DNA from: Nanohaloarchaea archaeon B1-Br10_U2g21
Lineage (GTDB): Archaea > Nanohalarchaeota > Nanosalinia > Nanosalinales > Nanosalinaceae
DNA: 64,000 bases
Direction: 5' to 3'
Assembly (NCBI GenBank): GCA_001563915.1
Contig: LKMP01000002.1
Location: 42,630 to 106,629, forward strand
Position 1 is the stretch's first letter, and each line of letters begins with the position of its first letter. This document shows, piece after piece, positions 18,889 to 27,390 of the stretch. The position numbers were made by a program, and so were the translations under genes. A model generated the notes under the pieces. That model ran no database searches. It was given only the letters and a program-made list of their open reading frames with translations, and was not told where the DNA came from.

Positions 18889-19754
18889 CGTTCTGCTGTA
18901 CGGGACGCTATAAAATTCATTATTTTATCCGCCATATCCAGTCCTAATACTTCCTCTACTCCTTCCACACCTGGTGAAGCATTTATCTCTCCAATATAGA
19001 ATCCTCCATCTTCGGATTCAAGTATATCTATTCCCGAGATATCAAGGCCACAAAGCCTCGAAGCCTTAATCGCAGCTTCTCTCATTTCTTCCGATGGTTC
19101 TACTTTTTCTCTTTGTCCTCCTGTTGAAATATTAGATCTAAACTCCTCATCTCCTACCCTTTTGTAAGAATAAGTTTCCTCTCCAATCACTATTATCCTG
19201 ATATCTTCCCCGGGATTCTCAATGTATTCTTGCAGACAAATTTCCTGCTCAAATAGCGTTAACGTATCAGTTATAGGGCCTATATCGCTCTCAGTCGATG
19301 CCCTCATTACTCCTTTCCCCCCATAACCTGAAATTATTTTAATGACTGCAGGATACCCTATTTTCTCAGCAGCTCTTATAGTCTCATCTGTAGAGAGTGT
19401 GTAGGCCGATTTAGGCACCGGCAGATTTGCTTCATGAAGAACCTTCATCATGTGGAACTTATTAGACGCTATAGGAAGAGAATCTGAATCCATCTGAGTG
19501 TATACTCCATTATCCTGCAGTATTTCTGAGAAATGTTCTGCGTTCATCATATCTGCTCCTAGAAGTCTGAGATATACTGCATCGAAATCGCACAGATTTA
19601 TATCCCGATACTTCAACTTTGTGCCTTCCTCAGTCGAAACCGTTCTTATGCCTTCTAGAGGCACACCTAGCACATTTTCAAAGTATTCTTTACCAGCTTC
19701 AATAAAATGATGGTGTTGCGCAGACTTTTCACCGTAAACTACTGCGCATTTCAT
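18885..19754 (-). CDS. RimK/LysX-family ATP-grasp alpha-L-glutamate ligase (intact)
   Basis: NK, KIISGYGGKGV, QEYI, DIR, FRSNISTGG, GIDIL, EINASPG. Confidence 0.92.
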   Translation of the reverse strand: MKCAVVYGEKSAQHHHFIEAGKEYFENVLGVPLEGIRTVSTEEGTKLKYRDINLCDFDAVYLRLLGADMMNAEHFSEILQDNGVYTQMDSDSLPIASNKFHMMKVLHEANLPVPKSAYTLSTDETIRAAEKIGYPAVIKIISGYGGKGVMRASTESDIGPITDTLTLFEQEICLQEYIENPGEDIRIIVIGEETYSYKRVGDEEFRSNISTGGQREKVEPSEEMREAAIKASRLCGLDISGIDILESEDGGFYIGEINASPGVEGVEEVLGLDMADKIMNFIASRTAER

Positions 19755-20563
19755 TCACTATCACCCTTTAATGTCTCCACAATTCTACCGTATACATTTT
19801 TTCCACTGTGCTTCTCAAACATTTCTAAATCAGGTCTTACATCCATATCCATTACTTTTTCTCCTTTCAAACTTACTCTGCATATATCTGTACCTACTGC
19901 CTTAGCCGCTTTATCTACTACTTCTTTCTGAGTGTCCGAGAGACTATAGTAATTTCTTCCAGGCTCATCACTCCATATTTCTCCTTCAAGCTTGAGCGAA
20001 ATTTTCTCTCCATCGATATACAGTACATCAAAAAACTCGCCCTCAGGAATCTCCTGTAAAAGCATGAAGTCATTCTCGGCATCAAGATCATCTAGGCCTT
20101 CTAATTCCTCAAAACTTTCTATTCTTTTAGTCTTTTCCAGCTTAAAATTCGAATACTTCTTCACAACTAAAGGCAGCTCCAAATCATTTTCCAGACCTGT
20201 TAAACCTCTTTTAGTAGCTATAGATGCTTGTTTAGGTGCTGGAATACTTTTTTCCTCCAGTACTTTTATCATATAAGGCTTCTTCATTAGAATAAAGATA
20301 GAAGATGGATTTAGATTTACTGAAGCCTGTGTCTGAGTAAGCGTTTCAGTAAGGACTCTGATATAGTTGAATGCCTCAGGCCTCGGATTTATGTATAGTA
20401 TATGCTCAGAACCTATTTCCTCATCTCCTATGTATACTTCTGGTTTTTTCCCAGAATGAATGCTTACATCTGCAAGAGATTTTTTTTCTACTTCTTCAAA
20501 GTGTTTCTTGAAATCTTCAGTCTCCGATTCAAAGTTATTTGCTAGTATCAGTGTCTTCTCCAT
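19751..20563 (-). CDS. degenerate RimK-like ATP-grasp protein
   Basis: LPLVVK, LLQE, KAAKAVGTDICRV recognisable; Gly-rich loop and ExN motif lost. Confidence 0.72.
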   Translation of the reverse strand: MEKTLILANNFESETEDFKKHFEEVEKKSLADVSIHSGKKPEVYIGDEEIGSEHILYINPRPEAFNYIRVLTETLTQTQASVNLNPSSIFILMKKPYMIKVLEEKSIPAPKQASIATKRGLTGLENDLELPLVVKKYSNFKLEKTKRIESFEELEGLDDLDAENDFMLLQEIPEGEFFDVLYIDGEKISLKLEGEIWSDEPGRNYYSLSDTQKEVVDKAAKAVGTDICRVSLKGEKVMDMDVRPDLEMFEKHSGKNVYGRIVETLKGDSE

Positions 20564-22109
20564 TTTGTTCCCCCTCATCTGTTTTTTCTGGTTTCCAGAG
20601 CCTGTTAACTTTTTCTTCCCTGTTCCATTTTTCGATGTAACTATTTACCGGTTCAGGAAGCGCGCTCTTTAGTAATCGGCCCTGCCTCATTATCTTCTTT
20701 AGCCTGAGTTCCATGTTTTTACTGAGTTCGTCATAGAAACTAGAATCAGAGTAAATCAGATTATTTTGTATTCTCCAGTATGCTGTAGTATCTTCTGGAG
20801 CTAGTACGACATAACCTCTCTTTCTACCTTCGAACTCAGCCATGGCTTCTCGCATTTCAGAGTCATCAGCATAGTATACACCCCCCGATACTGTATCAGC
20901 GCTAGGATCTACTACAATTAACTCATCTCCCTCTACTCCCACGCATAAGCTATAATGAGCTTTTTCTGAACCAGGGAATAGTACTGGCTTTGCGAAGTTA
21001 GGAATTATTAATGCTCCATTGTCAAACCACGTCTTTAGTTCATCAGACAATTTCCCTATTTTATCATATTCTACATATGCTCCTCTAACATCTCCTTCAG
21101 TTAATTCCTCTACAGCATCTATTAATTCATCAGGCATTGTTCCTTTACCAACTTCACTACCAGCAAGATCTCCAATTTCTTCCTGCTTATGAGCGAATCC
21201 AAATATATTCAATGCCATTTCAGCAGAAGCAGGCCCGCAATATGAAGGATGTTGCGCTGTAAAGTACCTTTTCATATCTTCAAGCGTTTTTATATCACTT
21301 CTAGTCCTCTTAAACTTGACATTAGAGTCCATAACCTGGCTATTTGGCGCAACCATTGTGTATCCGTCATTAGTATCAATAGTAGTGCTGAAAAGAGATA
21401 CGTCAATTAATTCTCCTCTTTCACCGTCCAGATAAATCTTTTCGTTGGCCTTTACAGACCTAGAGTTTTTCAAATATACACCTGCTGCAAAGTTTTTGAA
21501 TAAGTCTTTGAAACCGTAAAAGGCTAGACCTGCCAATAAAAGTGTTAATCCCCAAGTGGTGGCAGTCACAAGTTCTTGAATAGTGCTCTCAGCCAAGTTA
21601 GCTTGTACTAATACAAACTGGAGCAATAAAAGGTAGAGAAACGCTTTGAAAATGGTTTCTGAAATTTTTGATATTTCTTGAGTAAATCCTGCGCTTCTAA
21701 GATGTTTGCTAAATCCTAGAGTGCTGAAAAAGTCGGCTATAATTTTTACGAATATGTTTACCCCTATTATTCCGAGTATGGCAACTAGTATTACCGATAT
21801 AATATTTGGTAAAGCCGCCACTGCCGCAACATAGAGTTCTCTACTGATTTCTGCATTAAGGTAGAAAAGAGCAAAACCTATTACTATAACATCTAGTACG
21901 TAGACTATATAGGTGACTTTCTCCCGCATAGCTTCAGTTCTTTTCTTATTAGCCTGTTCTCCCGAGTCTACAAGCAGTCTCAAGGCTGTTTTTCTAAAAC
22001 TTCTTATCAGCAAATGCCCTAAAATTAGTATAAGGGCTGTTATAATTAGCCTAGCTGATAGACTGTCTGATACTATAAAGTTCATCATTTGGGAGAGAAT
22101 TTCGGACAT
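20535..22109 (-). CDS. MscS mechanosensitive channel fused to papain-fold (phytochelatin synthase/C39-like) domain
   Basis: TM helices + KDLFKNFAAGVYL...PNS MscS core, then QHPSYCGPAS / HYS / VVDP triad; start 22109 (ATG) or 22124 (GTG). Confidence 0.85.
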   Translation of the reverse strand: MSEILSQMMNFIVSDSLSARLIITALILILGHLLIRSFRKTALRLLVDSGEQANKKRTEAMREKVTYIVYVLDVIVIGFALFYLNAEISRELYVAAVAALPNIISVILVAILGIIGVNIFVKIIADFFSTLGFSKHLRSAGFTQEISKISETIFKAFLYLLLLQFVLVQANLAESTIQELVTATTWGLTLLLAGLAFYGFKDLFKNFAAGVYLKNSRSVKANEKIYLDGERGELIDVSLFSTTIDTNDGYTMVAPNSQVMDSNVKFKRTRSDIKTLEDMKRYFTAQHPSYCGPASAEMALNIFGFAHKQEEIGDLAGSEVGKGTMPDELIDAVEELTEGDVRGAYVEYDKIGKLSDELKTWFDNGALIIPNFAKPVLFPGSEKAHYSLCVGVEGDELIVVDPSADTVSGGVYYADDSEMREAMAEFEGRKRGYVVLAPEDTTAYWRIQNNLIYSDSSFYDELSKNMELRLKKIMRQGRLLKSALPEPVNSYIEKWNREEKVNRLWKPEKTDEGEQNGEDTDTSK

Positions 22110-22152
22110 CGGGTGTTTGTACACCTTCTAAAGAGTTACTAGCCTTCGGGTT

Positions 22153-23337
22153 TTATAAACCTTTGATTTCTCCATGACCGATTAAGCGCCACCTAGAGTC
22201 AATTTGACGGCTTATAGCAACTCTATCTCCAACTTCAGCACATACAGGCATTTTAAGCTCAAGCTTGACGTCTTTACCAGCTTGAGTGACTATGCCTGCC
22301 GACTTCGTGGTTCCTACATTCACCATTAAAGCCTCGTGCTCTTTAATGTTCTCAACCTTCATTTCTGATCCAGAGCCGATTAAAGAGTCCATTAACTCTA
22401 CTTTCAACTCCATATTGCTCGTTATATCAGGTAGCTCACCTTTTAAACCTAGGACATTTCCTGCAAGACCATCAGATTTTACTAGAGATGGATCTAGTAC
22501 AGTTTCTATGCCTAATAGTCCTCCTGGCTGTGCCTCCTCTACTGAAGAGTCTCCCTGAATTATATTAGTGATCTCAGTGGTAACAGTACTCCACTTGTTC
22601 CCATCTTTCCTTATACCAGGCTTAATTTCGATTTCGTCACCTTTACTGAGCTTTCCCTTAACTAAACTGCCTCCGAGTACTCCGCCGCCTAGTTCTTCAG
22701 GGCCTTGTCCAGGCTTATTAGTATCAAAAGACCTAGCAACCAGCATTTTTGGATCAGTATCTTCGTCTCTTTCAGGAGTTGGGATTTCTTCATGTATTGT
22801 TTCTAGCAGCAAGTCAATATTTATGCCGTGCTGCGCAGATATAGGAACTACAGGAGCATTTTCAGCTACAGTACCTTCTACAAATTCTTTTATCTGCTGA
22901 TAATTTTTCTTAGCTTCTTCTTCATCAACTAAGTCTATTTTGTTTTGGACAATCACCACATTTTCAATCCCTGCAATATCTAAAACTGCTAAGTGTTCAT
23001 GAGTTTGAGGCTGAGGACATTCCTCATTAGCCGCAACCATCAATAACGCTCCGTCCATGATTGCTGACCCTGAGAGAACATTAGCCATCAACGTTTCATG
23101 GCCTGGAGCATCTACAAGCGATACAGTTCTCTTTACTTCTCCATTCCCATCAACATTTAGGCCTTCTTCGTCTTCATAGTATGTAACATCTGCATATCCC
23201 AGCCTTATTGTTATTCCTTTTCTAAGTTCTTCACTGTGTCTGTCAGTCCATTGTCCTGAAAGAGCCTGAGTCAGAGTAGTTTTTCCGTGGTCTACATGAC
23301 CCACGAGACCTATATTAACTTCCGGTACTTTGCTCAT
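22153..23337 (-). CDS. eif2g: translation initiation factor 2 gamma subunit
   Basis: GHVDHGKTT, GITIRLGY, DAPGHE, NKID, RWRLIG. Confidence 0.97.
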   Translation of the reverse strand: MSKVPEVNIGLVGHVDHGKTTLTQALSGQWTDRHSEELRKGITIRLGYADVTYYEDEEGLNVDGNGEVKRTVSLVDAPGHETLMANVLSGSAIMDGALLMVAANEECPQPQTHEHLAVLDIAGIENVVIVQNKIDLVDEEEAKKNYQQIKEFVEGTVAENAPVVPISAQHGINIDLLLETIHEEIPTPERDEDTDPKMLVARSFDTNKPGQGPEELGGGVLGGSLVKGKLSKGDEIEIKPGIRKDGNKWSTVTTEITNIIQGDSSVEEAQPGGLLGIETVLDPSLVKSDGLAGNVLGLKGELPDITSNMELKVELMDSLIGSGSEMKVENIKEHEALMVNVGTTKSAGIVTQAGKDVKLELKMPVCAEVGDRVAISRQIDSRWRLIGHGEIKGL

Positions 23338-23705
23338 TCTTCGTCCTCGTCACCGAGAAGTTCCTCAACAGATTTAGAGCCTTCTTCCACAACACGAACA
23401 TTAAGCTGCTGGATATCGGTACTCACAGTGTTCCCTCGCACAGATTTTCTTTTCCGTACTCCTCGTTCTTCAGGCCTAATTCCTGAACCTTCACCTATCA
23501 AGACTCTCTTCCTTTCAGAACCTTCTATACTTTTTCTCATCGGAAAGCCTGATTTATCGCTTCCACCAGTAATTTCTAACTCATATCCTTCAAGACTTAT
23601 GACATCGCCTTCAAAGATTTCTCCAATTTTTTTGCCTACAAAACCTTCCGGCTCTGCTTCAGTTTGATAGATTTCTCCGTCTTTTGTTCCAATGTTAATC
23701 TGCAT
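23334..23705 (-). CDS. rps6e: 30S ribosomal protein S6e
   Basis: ITGGSDKSGFPM, GVRKRKSVRGN, QLN. Confidence 0.96.
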   Translation of the reverse strand: MQINIGTKDGEIYQTEAEPEGFVGKKIGEIFEGDVISLEGYELEITGGSDKSGFPMRKSIEGSERKRVLIGEGSGIRPEERGVRKRKSVRGNTVSTDIQQLNVRVVEEGSKSVEELLGDEDEE

Positions 23706-23818
23706 TAGTAATTTTCACCTTTGCTCAGTTACCCGAACAAGTAACTCTTGACTCTAAACTTTTTTAACAGCAATAACTAATCAATGCCATTATATTCGAG
23801 GCTTTCTCAGAGAGAAGT

Positions 23819-25240
23819 ATGAGAAGTCCTGTAGTCGCATCAATAATAGGGAAGTTTCTCAAAGTATTTTCTATAGTCATAGCGGCTCCGCTCCCCGTAG
23901 GTCTTTATTATGGCGAGACTTTTTTTACCTTACGAGGATTTCTGTACGCATCAGCAGCGTGCCTTATTCTAGGCGTAGCTTTGACTAAATTAGGACAATA
24001 TCGAGAACCAAGCGTTTCCGAAGCTTTGACATCAACTATTATGGGATGGCTACTAGCAATCATACTGGGAGCGATCCCGTTGCTAGTTGAGATGAACTTC
24101 ACAAATGCAGTGTTTGAATCGACCGCAGGACTTACAACAACAGGTATTTCGATGATTCTTGCACCAGAACAACTACCTCATTCGCTATTATTCTGGCGAT
24201 CCCTGATGCAATGGGTTGGAGGCCTTGGAGTGCTTACATTTTTCATAGCTGTTATCCGAGAATCAGGAGGTATTTCAAGAAAGCTGTTTTCAGCGGAAAC
24301 TCACAAGACTGATCCTGGCAGCATCAGACCTTCACTAAAGAAGTCTATTGTCGAGCTCTGGAAGGTCTATATTTTTATCACAGTATTCATATCGGCAGTC
24401 TACTTTGCACTAGGGATGCCTGTTTTCGATTCCGTAGTCCATTCTTTTTCAGGCATCTCTACTGGAGGCTACTCGACTAATGCAGACAGTTTTGCAGATT
24501 ATGGTGTAGACATACAGCTCGTTACTGTTGTCTTGATGCTTTTAGGAGGTATGAACTTTGTGATTATTCATAAATTATTGAATAGAGATCGTTCGGCATT
24601 CAGCAATTCTGAACTGAGGCTCTACTTGAAGATATTTGCGGCCTTCGCACTACTAATCACTTTAGATTTAGCACAGGATGGTTTTGCCACCCAGGATTTA
24701 GTTGACGGAGTCTTTCAATCTGCAGCTCTTATTTCGTCTACAGGTCACAGCACTATGAGTTTAATGACGCTTTCAGTAGTGGTTCAGATGCTTGTAATAG
24801 GCGTGATGTTTGTAGGAGGCTCAATAGGTTCAACAGGGGGAGGAGTAAAGATTTTCAGACTTAAAACAATGATAGAACTTTCAAGAACGCGTTTAAGAGC
24901 CTATTCATTACCTGATACTGCCATAAATGAAGTGAAAATAGATGGAGAAATACTTGAAAACAACACAATCCGTACAGTTTCAGTACTGTTCTTCATTTGG
25001 GTAGTAATAGTATTTGCTACTGCCGCCATGTTTGTTGCAATAGAAGACGTGGAAATGTCTGAAGCGCTTTCAGGCACAGTTTCGGCATCAGGAAATATGG
25101 GTCCAACACTTATGGAGGACGAAGAAGTGGTGGAGCTCCACTACGCTACAAAGCTGATTTTAATGTTCTTAATGTTAGCAGGCCGACTTGAGATGCTTCC
25201 TCTGCTGGCAATCTTTAATAGGAGGTTTCTCACAGGTTAA
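23819..25240 (+). CDS. trkH: Trk K+ uptake membrane subunit
   Basis: FES..GLTTTG, WRSLMQWVGGLG, STGG, GSTGGGVKIFR, GRLE. Confidence 0.95.
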   Translation: MRSPVVASIIGKFLKVFSIVIAAPLPVGLYYGETFFTLRGFLYASAACLILGVALTKLGQYREPSVSEALTSTIMGWLLAIILGAIPLLVEMNFTNAVFESTAGLTTTGISMILAPEQLPHSLLFWRSLMQWVGGLGVLTFFIAVIRESGGISRKLFSAETHKTDPGSIRPSLKKSIVELWKVYIFITVFISAVYFALGMPVFDSVVHSFSGISTGGYSTNADSFADYGVDIQLVTVVLMLLGGMNFVIIHKLLNRDRSAFSNSELRLYLKIFAAFALLITLDLAQDGFATQDLVDGVFQSAALISSTGHSTMSLMTLSVVVQMLVIGVMFVGGSIGSTGGGVKIFRLKTMIELSRTRLRAYSLPDTAINEVKIDGEILENNTIRTVSVLFFIWVVIVFATAAMFVAIEDVEMSEALSGTVSASGNMGPTLMEDEEVVELHYATKLILMFLMLAGRLEMLPLLAIFNRRFLTG

Positions 25241-25243
25241 CCT

Positions 25244-25903
25244 ATGTACATAGTAATCACAGGGATAAACATTCTTTCCCGTAGGCTCGTCAAAAGGTTG
25301 GAAGGACGTCACGATGTAGTTATAGTAGAACAGGATGAAGACAAATGTAAAAGACTTTATTCTTCCTCAGGAGCCACAGTAATCAACAAATCTCCATCAA
25401 CTCTGTCAGCTCTTGAAGACGCCGGTATTACTGAAGCTGATGTGTTAATAGCAACTATGAAAGATGATAATGAAAACATGGTAGTATGTTCTCTTGCCAA
25501 AAAATACGGCGTACCAAAAGTAATTTCCCGAATGGAAGACGATGAATACTTCGACGCATTCCAAATAATTGATGCACAAACAATAGGACACACAGACCTA
25601 CTTTTATCAGAATTTTTGTCAGCAGTAGAACATCCTTATTTGGTGAAGCTCGCAAATCTTTCAGGCGACCGAGAAATACTGAAAGCATCAGTTCGAAAAG
25701 ATTCACATCTAGTTGAATCTACTGTAGACCGGGTGAAAAACGATGAAAGCTTCCCAAGCAGCTTTATGATTACTACTGTCCTTAAACCCGATGAGACTCT
25801 AGATGCCTCAAAAGACCCTATCCTAGAGGAAGAGGACGAAATCATACTTATAGGTCCTTCTGAAGATAAAGAGATGCTCGACAAATTCTTCCAGAATCAG
25901 TAA
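25244..25903 (+). CDS. trkA: Trk regulatory subunit (TrkA-N + TrkA-C)
   Basis: MYIVITG, LEDAGITEADVLIA, DNEN; follows trkH. Confidence 0.88.
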   Translation: MYIVITGINILSRRLVKRLEGRHDVVIVEQDEDKCKRLYSSSGATVINKSPSTLSALEDAGITEADVLIATMKDDNENMVVCSLAKKYGVPKVISRMEDDEYFDAFQIIDAQTIGHTDLLLSEFLSAVEHPYLVKLANLSGDREILKASVRKDSHLVESTVDRVKNDESFPSSFMITTVLKPDETLDASKDPILEEEDEIILIGPSEDKEMLDKFFQNQ

Positions 25904-25935
25904 ACATAAAGAAAATGTGCGCCTGAAATATTTAC

Positions 25936-27345
25936 ATGTCTGCCATAGTTTGGATCCGCAGATCTCTAAGAGAATACGACAACACAGCGTTAGTAGAAGC
26001 TTCCAAAAAACATGAGAATTTGATTCCTCTTTACATTGTAGACGATAAATACTTTCAGAAGGCTTCTTTAGGGTATCCTCGTGTAAAATTCTGGCATAGC
26101 GCACTACAAAATTTTAAAAGACAGTTGAAAGAAAAAGAAAAAGATATTATAGTTAGAAAGGGAAATCCGGTTGAGGAGCTTAACAAAATAATTGAGGAAA
26201 CTAGCGCTGAAAAACTATATTTTAACCGTGATTACTCTCCTTACTCGCGAAAAAGAGATAAAAAAATCCAGGAATTTGACTTAGAGACTGAGAGCTTTAA
26301 GGACTTAGTGATGTTTGAAAAAGAAGAGATATTGAGCAACTCAGGCAGTCCTTACAAAACCTATACTTACTATGCAAAAAAATGGTTTAATAAAGACAAA
26401 GATAGGCCTCAAAAACCACAAAAATATAATGTGCCTGAGTTAGAAAGTGAAGAAATCCCTTCATTGAAAGAACTAGGGTTTGAGATACCCGAAAACTTTG
26501 AATGGGAGTGGAACCCTTCTCGTGAGGGCGGAATGAAGAGATTATCCCTCTTTAAACAAAAGATTTTAGATTATGATAGCGATAGAGATTATGCTTGGAA
26601 AGATGCTACAAGTAAATTATCTCCTCATCTAAAATTTGGGACTGTCTCAATTAGAGAAGTGTTTTGGGAGACAGAAAGAATCAAGGCTAAGAATCCTGAT
26701 AATCTCTCGGGGATAAAGACCTGGCAAGAAGAGCTAGCTTGGCGAGATTTTTACTTCCAGATGCTTTACAATTTCCCTGAATCTGGAGAAAAAGCATTGC
26801 AAAAGCAGTTCAGAGACCTTGAATGGAGATCTAAAAAAGAGGCTAAAGAAGACTGGGAAGCTTGGAAAAATGGGGAAACAGGATTTCCTTTTGTAGATGC
26901 TGGAATGAGACAGTTAAAGAAAACTGGCTGGATGCATAACAGATTGCGAATGGTTGTCACTAGTTTTGCCTGTAAAGATTTATGGCTAGACTGGCGAGAT
27001 GTTCACGAATTCTTCAACGAAAATTTTGTAGATGCGGAGTTAGCATCAATGATTGGGGGTATTCAATGGGCTTATTCAATTGGAACAGATTCACAACCCT
27101 ATTTCCGAGTTTTTAATCCCTGGACACAAGGCGAAAAATATGATCCTAATGGAGAATATATCCGTAGATGGATACCTGAACTAAAAAACGTCCCGGATAA
27201 TCATATCCATAGGCCTTATAAGATGAGTCAAATTGCGGAGAACAAGTCGGACTGCGTTATTGGAGAAGATTATCCTAGACCTATAGTGGATCATAGCGAG
27301 ATGCGTGAGAAGTCTATCAAAAAGTTTGAGGCAGTAAGAGAATAG
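25936..27345 (+). CDS. phr: class I CPD deoxyribodipyrimidine photolyase
   Basis: LRxxDN, TSKLSPHLKFG, ELAWRDF, TGFPFVDAGMR, GWMHNRLRM, PYFRVFNP. Confidence 0.95.
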   Translation: MSAIVWIRRSLREYDNTALVEASKKHENLIPLYIVDDKYFQKASLGYPRVKFWHSALQNFKRQLKEKEKDIIVRKGNPVEELNKIIEETSAEKLYFNRDYSPYSRKRDKKIQEFDLETESFKDLVMFEKEEILSNSGSPYKTYTYYAKKWFNKDKDRPQKPQKYNVPELESEEIPSLKELGFEIPENFEWEWNPSREGGMKRLSLFKQKILDYDSDRDYAWKDATSKLSPHLKFGTVSIREVFWETERIKAKNPDNLSGIKTWQEELAWRDFYFQMLYNFPESGEKALQKQFRDLEWRSKKEAKEDWEAWKNGETGFPFVDAGMRQLKKTGWMHNRLRMVVTSFACKDLWLDWRDVHEFFNENFVDAELASMIGGIQWAYSIGTDSQPYFRVFNPWTQGEKYDPNGEYIRRWIPELKNVPDNHIHRPYKMSQIAENKSDCVIGEDYPRPIVDHSEMREKSIKKFEAVRE

Positions 27346-27390
27346 AATTTACTTAAATGTGCGGAGAGAATCAGGTAATAGTGATTACTC

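Noticed and set aside
20535-22109. Bacteriocin/RiPP exporter (C39 peptidase-ABC) with ATP-grasp maturases
   Set aside because: No ABC domain and no precursor peptide gene; the membrane part is MscS and the ligases are RimK-like
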